A stretch of DNA of 64,000 nt from Nitrospirota bacterium (GTDB lineage Bacteria > Nitrospirota > Nitrospiria > SBBL01 > SBBA01). The stretch is from contig JBBTIN010000016.1 in the NCBI GenBank assembly GCA_038059935.1, positions 46,943 through 110,942 on the forward strand, given 5' to 3'. The position numbers and the translations under genes are program-made. The notes beneath the pieces were generated by a model, which had not been told where the DNA came from, searched no databases, and worked only from the letters and a program-made list of their open reading frames with translations. Positions 45,779 through 56,405 of the stretch are shown here, one piece after another (position 1 is the stretch's first letter; each line of letters starts with the position of its first letter).

Positions 45779-47346
45779 CTAAATGCTCAAACGCTCGATC
45801 CGCCATTGCCGATTGATCATATCAAAAATAACCTTGGTTCCAACCAAAGAAGTAAACAGGTTAATGATCACACCCAATGAGAGAGAAACCGCAAAGCCCT
45901 TGATCGGCCCGGTGCCAAATAGAAAAAGCGTGACCGCAGTAATCAACGTCGTGATATGAGAATCAAAGATCGAGGAAAATGCCTTTTCATACCCGGCATC
46001 CACCGCAAGCCGCACCGGCCGGCCATTCTCAATCTCATCGCGTATCCGCTCATAAATCAAAACATTCGTATCAACCGCCATCCCGACCGTTAAAACAATC
46101 GCGGCAATCCCCGGCAAGGTCAACGTCGCTTGCAAGGCAGCCAATGCGCCCATTAAAAAAAGAAGATTTAAAACCAACATACAGTTCGCTAATAGACCGC
46201 AAAGACGATAATAAAAAAGCATATAAACGACCACGAGCAGTGCGCTAATGATGGAGGTTTTGATTCCCTTCTCGATCGAGTCTTGCCCCAGCGAAGGACC
46301 AACGGTCACATTCTGAATAATGTTGACCGGGGCGGGAAGCGAACCTGCGCGAAGTGCAATTGAAAGATCCCCTGCCTCCTCCGTGGTAAACGAACCAGAA
46401 ATTTGCGCGCGTCCGCCACTGATCTTCTCATTAATATTCGGGGCAGAATAAACCGTGTCATCTAATACAATCGCAAGCTGTTTTTCGACATTCTCTCCCG
46501 TCACCTTTTCAAACAATTTTGCGCCAAGCGGATCAAACGTAATCGAGACCGCTGGTTCATTAAAATCGCCAATCGTCACACGGGCATCCGATAAGAGATC
46601 TCCATTTAATGCCGCCTGTTTGAAAACCAAATACGGACGCTTGGTCACCTCCCCCGTCTCCTTATCTACCCGCCGCTCAAACAACATCTGACGATCAGCC
46701 GGAATTTTATCGGAAAAATCCTGGAGCGTTTTTTCTTCTTCCCCCTCTTCAATGCTCTCTGGAAACAACCGGGTTAACGGATTCTCTTGATCTACAACCT
46801 TAAACTCCAACAGGGCCGTCTTCCCGATCAACTCAATTGCCCTTTTCGGATCTTTGACTCCGGGAAGTTGAATGACAATCTGATTATCCCCTTGTTTCTG
46901 AATGAGCGGTTCTGCAACGCCAAACTGATCAATTCTGTTTCGGATGGTCTCCAGCGACTGAGACGTCGCCGACTCCAACAATTGCTTTTGCTCGGACGGC
47001 TTCAGAGACATCTCCCGCTTCTCCCCCGTCTTGGCAATCTTAAAATGGGGATATTGATCTAAAATTTTGGTAAGCGCGGCATCGCTCGCAACCGGTGCCA
47101 CGATAGAAATCGTGTTGCCATTTCGGACGGCAGAGGTGACGGCGACCTTCTCTTTTTCAATCGCCTCTTTAATCGCAGCGAATGCGCGCTCGACTGTATT
47201 CTCGATTACTTTTTCGCCATCCACCTCTAAGACCAGATGCATGCCACCTTGCAGATCCAATCCAAGCGTCATAGGTTTAAGAAGATAGAAGACAGAGATG
47301 GCAATAAAAAAAAGAATCAGGCCGATGCGTCCCGTAATAGACTTCA

Positions 47347-47347
<1 letters not shown>
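45779..47347 (-). CDS. secD: Protein translocase subunit SecD
   Basis: LGLDLQGG and IQLPGVKDP motifs, 522 aa. Confidence 0.92.
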
Positions 47348-48814
<1,467 letters not shown>

Positions 48815-48874
48815 TTATCCTTAAATCTATAACACCTGTACGGCCGTGCCCCTATATCTCATCTATTAACCACT

Positions 48875-49040
48875 TCAACTTTTCTTCTCTTTATATTCTC
48901 GAAAACCGGCCAGTAAATCCGCAAATTCCCGGCTCGACCAAAATTCCATTCCAGCATCATTCGTCCGCTTAATACGCCCATGCATTTTCCTTGAACAATT
49001 CCACTTCTTCTGGTTGAACCACTTCCGCCTCCTCTAGACC
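48875..49040 (-). pseudogene. DinD-like (DNA-damage-inducible protein D family) N-terminal fragment, frame-disrupted
   Basis: One frame (48875-48970) gives GMEFWSSREFADLLAGFREYKEKKS*, resembling the xxWSxRxLxxLLGYxEY N-terminus of DinD. It continues upstream in another frame (VELFKENAWAY*). The call rests on weak similarity from memory. Confidence 0.3.
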
Positions 49041-49403
49041 GTGCAACGCCCAGGAAATGCTATGCGTATACAGGGAACCGTAGCAGTCAGTCACATCAGT
49101 ATGAAGAAGATGACTGAACTCCAGCGAAGAGGTCAGAGACTTTTGCTCGACCTTCTGCCACCAGCTTTTGATCTGGGTTGCAACATCAGTCTGATGATCG
49201 ACCGACACCACCGGAGCACTACAACAATTAATTACGCCACCTTCAAATCTATTGAGTCGTGCTTTTATGCTTTTCCAGTTTTCCTCCTCGCAGATTACAT
49301 TCACTAACGAGACATAGATGTCCGGATGTATCAACTCTAATGGCCGCCAGGAAAATTTTCCGTCCTTGTTGGCAATAAAGTTGTCAGCGGTGGCATCAGC
49401 TTT
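48969..49403 (-). pseudogene. Reverse transcriptase (defence-associated UG/Abi-type) N-terminal fragment
   Basis: The open frame reads NFIANKDGKFSWRPLELIHPDIYVSLVNVI ... LLHTDVTDCYGSLYTHSISWALHG (RT motifs 1-2). There is no YxDD palm, the frame is closed upstream by TGA, and no ATG is present. Confidence 0.55.
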
Positions 49404-49506
49404 TCAGCGCTGGACTCCCGCAGGGCTTCATCCGCAGGAAACCAGCGAATGGCCGGGGCAAGGATGGCGTAGGGTGATTCGGGAAAATTGGGATGCAGGG
49501 CCATAG
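49339..49506 (-). pseudogene. N-terminal fragment of a restriction-type SF2 helicase (55 codons)
   Basis: MALHPNFPESPYAILAPAIRWFPADEALRE..KLMPPL resembles the N-termini of DEAD/DEAH restriction-associated helicases. It ends prematurely. The call is from memory only. Confidence 0.3.
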
Positions 49507-49615
49507 TCTTTTTAAATAACCTTTAAATTTAGTTTACATTTACATTCATCAACGCTAATCACTTCATTTTCAAGTACATTTTAGTTTACGGACATCCCTT
49601 GAATCTAATTTATAT

Positions 49616-50359
49616 CTAATTAACAAGTGACCAGGCCCCGGTTTTCCGTGGCCCTGAAAACCTTATCTTCTTGTCACGCCTAAGCTCCTGCAAAAGATTA
49701 GAAATGTTCTGGAGATTCAGTTCCTGAAAAGCACGTCGTAAATCGTGACGATACCCTTTATTTTTTCTTAAATGTTCAATGATAAGTTCTTTATACTTCC
49801 CTCGTGAAAGCCCGGTGAGTTTGGTATGAACGCCCACCTTTCCTTCATGGGCATAATAGGCATGGGAAAGAATATATTTTGCTCCGCTTGTTTTCCCCAC
49901 CTGTTCAACGACACCGATATCTAAAAATTTGTCGCGGTGTTCTATCGTTGTCACAGGTTGATTTTCTCGGATCTTCTCCAATGCATAGATCTCATCAAAA
50001 GATAGCGTAACCTGCTTTTCATTAATAATTTTTTCGAGAAACAGAATAAATTTTTTGTCCTTGACCTGAGCTGGGATTTGAAGACAAACGGAAAACGCAT
50101 CGCTCCTGGAGATGTCCGGCAACCCCTTGCCCTCCTTGATCGTGTATTCAAAAATATCATCCATTCCCTGGCCTGAGCGTTCGACCAGTCCGGCTTTTTC
50201 AAGCGTCTCAGCAATACACCGGTTTCGCCAGTACCTTTTATGTGACAGCGCGAGCGATTGCCCGCCCATTGGGAAGTCGCTCCTGTCCTCGTAGGCGCGA
50301 TGCTTTTCCATCGCAATTAGAGCGTCGGCCTCGGCTTGCGTGAGATTGATGTCCGCCAT
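49616..50359 (-). CDS. Chimeric ORF: short unrelated N-terminus fused to the C-terminal part of an AlbA_2/HATPase_c_4-type putative regulator
   Basis: Residues ~40-247 ([26 protein letters not shown] ... wHTH-like tail) match the C-terminal half of ~470-aa ATP-binding regulators. Residues 1-39 ([20 protein letters not shown]) look like a different small-protein family. Confidence 0.45.
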   Translation of the reverse strand: MADINLTQAEADALIAMEKHRAYEDRSDFPMGGQSLALSHKRYWRNRCIAETLEKAGLVERSGQGMDDIFEYTIKEGKGLPDISRSDAFSVCLQIPAQVKDKKFILFLEKIINEKQVTLSFDEIYALEKIRENQPVTTIEHRDKFLDIGVVEQVGKTSGAKYILSHAYYAHEGKVGVHTKLTGLSRGKYKELIIEHLRKNKGYRHDLRRAFQELNLQNISNLLQELRRDKKIRFSGPRKTGAWSLVN

Positions 50360-50697
50360 TAGTTGGCCCTCCCCATGAACTTCTCCACGTCTCTCACCCG
50401 CAGTTCACCCCAGATGAGCTTATTGGTCCAACCCTTCAGTTGTCGACCGCGGATATCCGTAGCAAACAGGTCCTGAAACACCGGCTTTTTAGCCTTCTCC
50501 GCGCGCGGCTCGTCCACTTGCTCAATCACCTGAAAGGGTAGGACGATATTGCAGCCCTCGCTGGTCTTGCCGTTCCAAACCCGTTCCACCTCCCGTTTGT
50601 CCTCAAATAAGAGAAACCGGTATTTGTCCGGCAACGGCTTATCGGCTTCGATATAGCAGATAATCTCCTGTTGTTCCTGTTCGGTTAGTCGTGGCAT
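50359..50697 (-). pseudogene. Type III-like DNA methyltransferase, N-terminal 112-aa fragment
   Basis: PLPDKYRFLLFEDKREVERVWNGKTSEGCNIVLPFQVIEQVDEPR ... GWTNKLIWG is the typical N-terminus. The catalytic and SAM-binding domains are missing. Confidence 0.6.
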
Positions 50698-50844
50698 ACA
50701 ATTATCCTTTATTGATTCTGCCTGTACATCTGGATCCAGAGATGGATTGGAATCCTGGCCCCAAGGCTATTGTCCCATTTTTGAATCGTGATCTTCATGG
50801 CAGGGAGTATACATTTTGTTTATACATCGGGCAATGGACGGATT

Positions 50845-50934
50845 GGTTTTACAGCGACCAACGGAAGCTGTCACACTCGCCCCACCGCGCAGGTGGCACC
50901 CCACCGCGCAGGTGGCACCCCACCGCGCAGGTGG
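50845..50934 (+). repeat. R1 element copy 10 with terminal hairpin amplified three times
   Basis: GGTTTTACAGCGACCAACGGAAGCTGTCACACTCG followed by the 19-bp unit CCCCACCGCGCAGGTGGCA at 50880, 50899 and 50918. The element ends 2 nt from the stop at 50936. Confidence 0.9.
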
Positions 50935-50935
50935 T

Positions 50936-52354
50936 TTATGGGTGTTTAACGCGGACGCGGTATTTCACCTTGACCTCACTGGATTTGGCAACGGGAATAT
51001 TATACCGGAGCGATATAGCATCTTCCTTCTTGTGTTTGTGCGATTCCGAAAGAATCTCCCAATCTCCAGAGACCGACTCCAAAAGATTGATCACCACATC
51101 TTCATTCTCTTTATGATTCTTGAGCAAGACTTCCCATTCGGTTTCGACTATCTTGGAGGTCACCTGCCGAAAATCGGTCTGCTTTCGCTCTACCACCAAA
51201 TCAAACGCCTCTCCTGCTTTCAGACGCACTTTTTCGTCCTTGGGCGTATGCGAAATGTTGTCCTCCCCAATAAATTGCTGACTGCCATCCTTGTCCTTTT
51301 TGTACATCCGTATCGTACCGGCCGGCAGCGGCATCCCCAAACGATTCTCTTTTGAATTGACAAACGTAATAAACACCTCCACAGGCTGCTTGGGGGCCTG
51401 CCCTCCAAACGGTTGGTAATAATAATACTGTTGCGAATTAACCAGAAATTCTTTCACCAGCCCAACACCCGTGGCCCCAAGAAGACTGATCTGCTTGGTC
51501 TGGTGATTCTTAATTGTTGTGGGACGTTGCAAATCGTAGATGTGGTACTCAAAAAACGCCTGTTCGGAAAAATCTGAAGAAGCAGCCGCCATCATCATTT
51601 CTCCCTTTCTTAATGCAAACGGCGCGGCGGCAGGTACGGGTGCGCGATTCACCTCACCGGCAACCACCTTGAGTTTGGCCTTGTTGTATGTCGCGCCGGA
51701 TTGATTGTTAATGGTGACCCAGCCGGACAAATCGGATAATTGATCGTTAGCATCTATAGACAGCACGTAATCCGCATTCCAAGAAAGACCGCTGGTGAGA
51801 TACGAAACCTCCAGCGCGTGATCGGCAGTCCCCTCATTGTCATAGACCCAGCCCAATGTCGGCTTGGAGATCAGATTGTTCGGGATTTCCGGCACCACTT
51901 TCACGCCCGGGTAGCCCAGATATACTTCATCGTTAATCTTAAAAATTTGCCCTTCATTGCTTAATAGCGTTGCGTCAACGCTGTCTTTCCGATCCTGTTC
52001 ATTGTTCCAGTTGACGATTTTAATTTTCTTTCCGACATATTTATCGAGCACTTTCTCGTGACTCATCAAATCGTATTCGTAATTTTGCTCCAACACACGG
52101 AATTGATTGGGCGCTGTGGTAGACCGCACACTAACAGTAACGGGCATGATCGAAGCGGCCACATCCATAAATCGCAATTCCCCTTGCCCCTTTGGAATGG
52201 CAATTTTTCGCGTCTCTTTGACCAGTCCCAGATTGCCATTATAGACCGTAATGGCAACAGACGTTTGATCTTCCAAAGTGGATTTCACCGGCTCTTGTGC
52301 AAAGAGCAATTGTGATTGAACGAAAAGAATGGCAACCCATAATATTTTTTTCAT
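50936..52354 (-). CDS. Secreted DUF4139-family protein
   Basis: Signal peptide MKKILWVAILFVQSQLLFA. VAITVYNGNLGLVKETR and LSGWVTINNQSGATY resemble DUF4139. ATG 52354 is preceded by GGAGA. The longer ORF reads through R1. Confidence 0.7.
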   Translation of the reverse strand: MKKILWVAILFVQSQLLFAQEPVKSTLEDQTSVAITVYNGNLGLVKETRKIAIPKGQGELRFMDVAASIMPVTVSVRSTTAPNQFRVLEQNYEYDLMSHEKVLDKYVGKKIKIVNWNNEQDRKDSVDATLLSNEGQIFKINDEVYLGYPGVKVVPEIPNNLISKPTLGWVYDNEGTADHALEVSYLTSGLSWNADYVLSIDANDQLSDLSGWVTINNQSGATYNKAKLKVVAGEVNRAPVPAAAPFALRKGEMMMAAASSDFSEQAFFEYHIYDLQRPTTIKNHQTKQISLLGATGVGLVKEFLVNSQQYYYYQPFGGQAPKQPVEVFITFVNSKENRLGMPLPAGTIRMYKKDKDGSQQFIGEDNISHTPKDEKVRLKAGEAFDLVVERKQTDFRQVTSKIVETEWEVLLKNHKENEDVVINLLESVSGDWEILSESHKHKKEDAISLRYNIPVAKSSEVKVKYRVRVKHP

Positions 52355-52378
52355 AAAATCTCCCCGTGTGTATGGCTT

Positions 52379-52448
52379 GGTTTTACGGCGACCAACGGGA
52401 CAACGTGCCCTGCGAGGAGCTGTCACACCCGCCCCACCGCGCAGGTGG
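52379..52448 (+). repeat. R1 element copy 11
   Basis: GGTTTTACGGCGACCAACGGGACAACGTGCCCTGCGAGGAGCTGTCACACCCGCCCCACCGCGCAGGTGG. It ends 1 nt from the coaE stop codon. Confidence 0.9.
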
Positions 52449-53051
52449 TTACCCGGCGGCCCATAGCATCTGCGAAATCCGATTGACCGCTTCTTGTACC
52501 TCTGGAATCGATTTCCTATTATCAATAATCTCATTTGCGTATGCCCGCTTTGCCTCTAACGACATCTGCAACGCGATACGGGCATTCGCCGCCTCTTCTG
52601 TTAGACCGTCTCGTTCAGAAAGCCGTTTGATCTGTGTCGCCTGATCCACATAAACCAAAACCACTAAATCAACCTTTTTATGTGCACGGGTCTCAATCAA
52701 CAAAGGGGCATCAAAAACAATCACCCGGCGCGGATCCTCCAACCCGACTATGTTTCCTTCCCGTTCTGCCTCAAGAAAGACATGCGGATGCACCATTTTA
52801 TTTAAGGCCGAAAGTTTCTTCGGATCATTAAAAACAATGGCGCCTAATTTTTTCCGGTCAATCTGCCCAGTCCCATCCAAAATCCCAGTTCCAAAAAAAT
52901 TCAAGACCTGATGAAAAACCGCGCCTCTCTGGCTCAATAGATCATGAACAATTTTGTCGGCATCTACAATAAATGCCCCGGCCTCCTTGAACATCTGGGA
53001 GACGGTAGACTTCCCGCTTGCAATCCCGCCTGTTAATCCCACCCAAACCAT
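52449..53051 (-). CDS. coaE: Dephospho-CoA kinase
   Basis: VGLTGGIASGKST P-loop, 200 aa. Confidence 0.9.
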   Translation of the reverse strand: MVWVGLTGGIASGKSTVSQMFKEAGAFIVDADKIVHDLLSQRGAVFHQVLNFFGTGILDGTGQIDRKKLGAIVFNDPKKLSALNKMVHPHVFLEAEREGNIVGLEDPRRVIVFDAPLLIETRAHKKVDLVVLVYVDQATQIKRLSERDGLTEEAANARIALQMSLEAKRAYANEIIDNRKSIPEVQEAVNRISQMLWAAG

Positions 53052-53237
53052 ATTGCGTCCTTAGACTAGAAATAGCGACGGATAAAAATAATATTCATAA
53101 TCACCAATGCCGAAAAAAGAAGGAGCGAAAAGATGAAATAATATTTCATCCGTGAACGCCGCCACTTTTTTATTAGACTCTCTATGGGGAACATAACCAT
53201 TTTCTGCATAGATAATTTAGAATGCCCAATGACATCA

Positions 53238-53289
53238 GTCGTTCCACAGCGACCAGCGGGAGCTGTCAATCTCGGGCACACTAGCCCCC
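53238..53289 (+). repeat. R1 element copy 12 (degenerate, no clear terminal hairpin)
   Basis: GTCGTTCCACAGCGACCAGCGGGAGCTGTCAATCTCGGGCAC, with stem ACAGC/GCTGT. It ends next to the stop at 53290. Confidence 0.6.
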
Positions 53290-54387
53290 TTATTTCTTTT
53301 TTGCGAGCCTTGCTAATTCCAAATAATGCTGCCGTTCCTCTGGCGTAATCGAAGCCGGAAGATTCACCGCGATTTTAACATAGAGATCTTGTTTATCCCC
53401 TTTACGAAGCGGCAGCCCCTTGCCGCGCAATCGAAATTGCTGGCCATTTTGACTGCCCGATGGCACTTTCAAAATGACATCGCCAAAAAGCGTGGAGACT
53501 TTCATCTCTGCCCCTAACACAGCCTCCCATGGCGTCACGTCAATCTCAATTTCCAGATGATCTTCCTTGATCTTAAATTCCGAATGCGGCCGAAATCGCA
53601 CCTCGATAAACCGATCCCCCGCCTCTCCGCCGCTGATGCCCGCCTCTCCCTGCCCGGCCAACCGAATGCGATCCCCCTCTTTGACACCGGCGGGAATTGT
53701 CACGGTCAACTCTTTTTCCTCCGAAGAAGAACCAAACCCTCGACATCGCACACAGGCCTGCTGCCCTACAAAACGGCGTCCCGAACAAGACGTGCAAGCG
53801 ATCTGCCGCTCAACCCAAATACGTCGCTTCGTCCCGCGCGCGACCTCCTCTAATGTAAGCTCCATCTGAGACTCAATATCTTTTCCCCGTTCGGGCTTGG
53901 GATAGGTTCGCGTAAACCCGCGTCCCTTTCCGCCGGTTTGGGTCTTAGCCCCGCGTTCCTTTTCTCCACCAAAAAGCGATTCGAAAAAATCGGAAAAAAC
54001 ATCGGTCTCTTTCTCGTCAGAATGCGTCTCTTTCTTATTGGACTTATTGGATTCGGCCTCCCACCATTCGTGATCTTCTTTCTTCTGATGGGTCTTTTCT
54101 TGGGGTTCACGCCATGAAGGGGACGCGGAGGCCGTCGAACGAAAAGGCATTCCCTCTTTCCAGTTGGGCCCCAGATGGTCATATTGTCCGCGTTTTTCTT
54201 GATCACGAAGCACTTCGTATGCCTCGTTAATTTCCTTAAATTTTTCTTCCGCCGCCTTCTTCCCCGTTGCAAAAAGATCAGGATGATGCTTGCGTGCTAA
54301 TTTTCGATATGCGCTTTTAATCTCCCCTTCGGTGGCCGAACGGGGAACATGCAGCACGGCGTAATAATCTTTGAACTTCATCCCCAT
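53290..54387 (-). CDS. DnaJ/CbpA-like J-domain protein with half zinc-finger and charged insert
   Basis: J domain [31 protein letters not shown], only two CxxCxG motifs (CTSCSG, CVRCRG), DnaJ C-terminal beta domains. Confidence 0.8.
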   Translation of the reverse strand: MGMKFKDYYAVLHVPRSATEGEIKSAYRKLARKHHPDLFATGKKAAEEKFKEINEAYEVLRDQEKRGQYDHLGPNWKEGMPFRSTASASPSWREPQEKTHQKKEDHEWWEAESNKSNKKETHSDEKETDVFSDFFESLFGGEKERGAKTQTGGKGRGFTRTYPKPERGKDIESQMELTLEEVARGTKRRIWVERQIACTSCSGRRFVGQQACVRCRGFGSSSEEKELTVTIPAGVKEGDRIRLAGQGEAGISGGEAGDRFIEVRFRPHSEFKIKEDHLEIEIDVTPWEAVLGAEMKVSTLFGDVILKVPSGSQNGQQFRLRGKGLPLRKGDKQDLYVKIAVNLPASITPEERQHYLELARLAKKK

Positions 54388-54804
54388 TTAGGAAGCCCCT
54401 TCATGAGATTGTTGCCGGCGAATCGGTCTGCTGATCATCAGTCCAATCACCATCACGGCAGTTCCCAGCACAACATAGAGAACCGAAAGTCCTGTATCAA
54501 TCCGTAAACCTTCTGTTTCCTTTGTCGTTAACAGCAAGAAAAGACGATACCCCCATATCACCATTAAGACGGAACCGGACCGAATCAGAGAAATCGCATC
54601 CTTTAATGTTTTCTCGTTTTTCTCCATTCCAATTTTGAAAATCTTCCACGAGATCAAAAGCGACAGCAAAACCAAAAGAAGATGCGGGGCAAAAAGGGGA
54701 TCTTCAATATGCGCTCGGATCACACGGTAAAAGCGAACCGATCCACTAAATAGCAGAACGGCTCCCGATCCTAATAAAAAATGTCGAATAGACGCCTGTC
54801 TCAT
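54388..54804 (-). CDS. Hypothetical membrane protein (4 predicted TM helices)
   Basis: Hydrophobic segments. It is tightly coupled on both sides (TAAATG to the J-protein, 2-nt gap to the deacetylase). Confidence 0.5.
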   Translation of the reverse strand: MRQASIRHFLLGSGAVLLFSGSVRFYRVIRAHIEDPLFAPHLLLVLLSLLISWKIFKIGMEKNEKTLKDAISLIRSGSVLMVIWGYRLFLLLTTKETEGLRIDTGLSVLYVVLGTAVMVIGLMISRPIRRQQSHEGAS

Positions 54805-54806
54805 TT

Positions 54807-55751
54807 TTATCGCGCCAACACTTCCAGATGCCTTCCCACGGCCCCTGCCAATGCCGAAAAGTCGTACCCCCCCTCCAAACAAGAAACAACGCGTCCGTGA
54901 CAGTAGGTATCAGCGAGTCCTTTTACGATTTCGGTCATCTCAGAAAAGCCGTCATTCGTCACCGCCAATGCCGCCAGCGGATCATTCCGATGCGCATCAA
55001 AGCCTGCGGAAATCAGAATAAAATCCGGCTTAAAATCAGAAATCGCCGCCGACAAATTTTTATTAAATAGCCGCAGCATCTCGTAATCTCCTGCCCCAGC
55101 CGGCAGCGGGCAGTTTACTGTAAAGCCCTCGCCAGCGTCTATCCCGCGCTCGTTTGCCGCTCCGCTCCCCGGATAAAAAGGATATTGATGCGCGCTAAAA
55201 TAAAAAACGGAAGGATCCGCATAAAAACTGTTTTGCGTGCCGTTGCCATGATGCACGTCCCAGTCCAAAATAAAAATACGTTTACACTGATGATGTAACT
55301 GCAAATAGCGGGCGCCAATCGCGACATTATTAAAAATACAAAATCCCATGGCACGATTGGACTCCGCATGATGCCCCGGCGGACGAACCGCGCAAAATCC
55401 ATTTTTTAATCGGCCTGCCATGACCGCATCAATCGCCGTCAAAACGCCGGAGACCGCCATCCGCGCGGCATCCAACGAGCCGGAAGAAATAACTGTATCC
55501 GGATCAAGCGACGAAAATCCCACGCTCGGAATTTTCTTCAAAAGCGATTGATAATAAGCTGGCGTATGGATCGTTGTAATCCACTTCTCAATTTCAGGAT
55601 GAACGCTTGGGGCAACCCATTCCAATAAAGACCCAATCTCGGTTCGTTCAAGATGATCCAAAATTGCCGATAGTCTTCCGGGGCCCTCTGGATGTCCCAT
55701 ACCCGGATTATGCGCCAGATAGATCGGATCGGTAATGAAGCCCGTCTGCAT
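54807..55751 (-). CDS. Histone deacetylase-family (AcuC/Aph-type) deacetylase
   Basis: VRPPGHHAE and DWDVHHGNGTQ. Confidence 0.88.
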   Translation of the reverse strand: MQTGFITDPIYLAHNPGMGHPEGPGRLSAILDHLERTEIGSLLEWVAPSVHPEIEKWITTIHTPAYYQSLLKKIPSVGFSSLDPDTVISSGSLDAARMAVSGVLTAIDAVMAGRLKNGFCAVRPPGHHAESNRAMGFCIFNNVAIGARYLQLHHQCKRIFILDWDVHHGNGTQNSFYADPSVFYFSAHQYPFYPGSGAANERGIDAGEGFTVNCPLPAGAGDYEMLRLFNKNLSAAISDFKPDFILISAGFDAHRNDPLAALAVTNDGFSEMTEIVKGLADTYCHGRVVSCLEGGYDFSALAGAVGRHLEVLAR

Positions 55752-55763
55752 TTATCTTGTTCC

Positions 55764-56405
55764 TCATGGCATCCTCATTGCCATCCCCACAAATGGATTT
55801 CCCTGCTTCTCCTCCCCAATGGTTGTCGCGGGGCCATGCCCTGGATAGACCATCGTCTCGTCTGGAAAAGAAAAGAGCTTTGATTGAATCGAATCAATCA
55901 ATGTCGGGTAGGATCCGCGCCAAAGATCGGTTCTTCCGATAGAACCCCGAAAAAGGGTATCCCCCGTGAAAAGCCCAATGGTTGGAATATAAAACGAGAC
56001 GCTCCCGGGCGTATGCCCAGGCGTATGAATGACGTTTACGTGGCCTTTTCCAAATGAAAAAATATCCCCTTGTTTTAAGAAAACATCAATGACAGGAACC
56101 GGCGGTGTGGGCAAATCAAAAAGCGACGCTTGAAGCGATAGGTTTTGAGCAAGAAATAAATCGTCTTCGTGTAAGGCCGACTCCGCACCGGTTTGCGCGC
56201 GCACGGCATCGGTTGCCCCAATATGATCAATATGGGCATGGGTATGAAACAGATAAAGCGTTTTGAGTCGAAGATTTGATAGGCGATGCAGAATGCGACT
56301 GGCCTCTTCTCCCGGATCAATCACAATCGCCGCTTGGGCATCCTCGCATCCAAGGATCATGCAATTACATTGAAAGGGTCCAACCGGAAATTGTTCAAAT
56401 ATCAT
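55764..56405 (-). CDS. MBL-fold metallo-hydrolase (glyoxalase II-like)
   Basis: HTHAHIDHIG and HTPGHTPGS. Confidence 0.85.
   Translation of the reverse strand: MIFEQFPVGPFQCNCMILGCEDAQAAIVIDPGEEASRILHRLSNLRLKTLYLFHTHAHIDHIGATDAVRAQTGAESALHEDDLFLAQNLSLQASLFDLPTPPVPVIDVFLKQGDIFSFGKGHVNVIHTPGHTPGSVSFYIPTIGLFTGDTLFRGSIGRTDLWRGSYPTLIDSIQSKLFSFPDETMVYPGHGPATTIGEEKQGNPFVGMAMRMP

Noticed and set aside
50880-50934. The three tandem 19-bp palindromic units could be a mini CRISPR array.
   Set aside because: The units are directly contiguous with no spacers, no cas genes are nearby, and the unit is the terminal hairpin of the R1 element.
50845-52448. R1 copies could be integron attC sites flanking a gene cassette.
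   Set aside because: The core GACCAAC is one mismatch from the RYYYAAC inverse core, but there is no paired R'/R'' architecture, no intI integrase and no attI in the window. Most copies flank housekeeping genes.
52355-52534. A 60-codon N-terminal extension of the DUF4139 ORF.
   Set aside because: It reads through the R1 repeat and into the coaE 3' end. A signal peptide with an RBS begins at ATG 52354.
53066-53281. A 71-codon ORF between the J-protein gene and coaE, with a hydrophobic C-terminal half (MKYYFIFSLLLFSALVIMNIIFIRRYF).
   Set aside because: Its N-terminal part overlaps the degenerate R1 copy, and there is no clear start or RBS. A 27-44-aa membrane micropeptide cannot be excluded but is unsupported.
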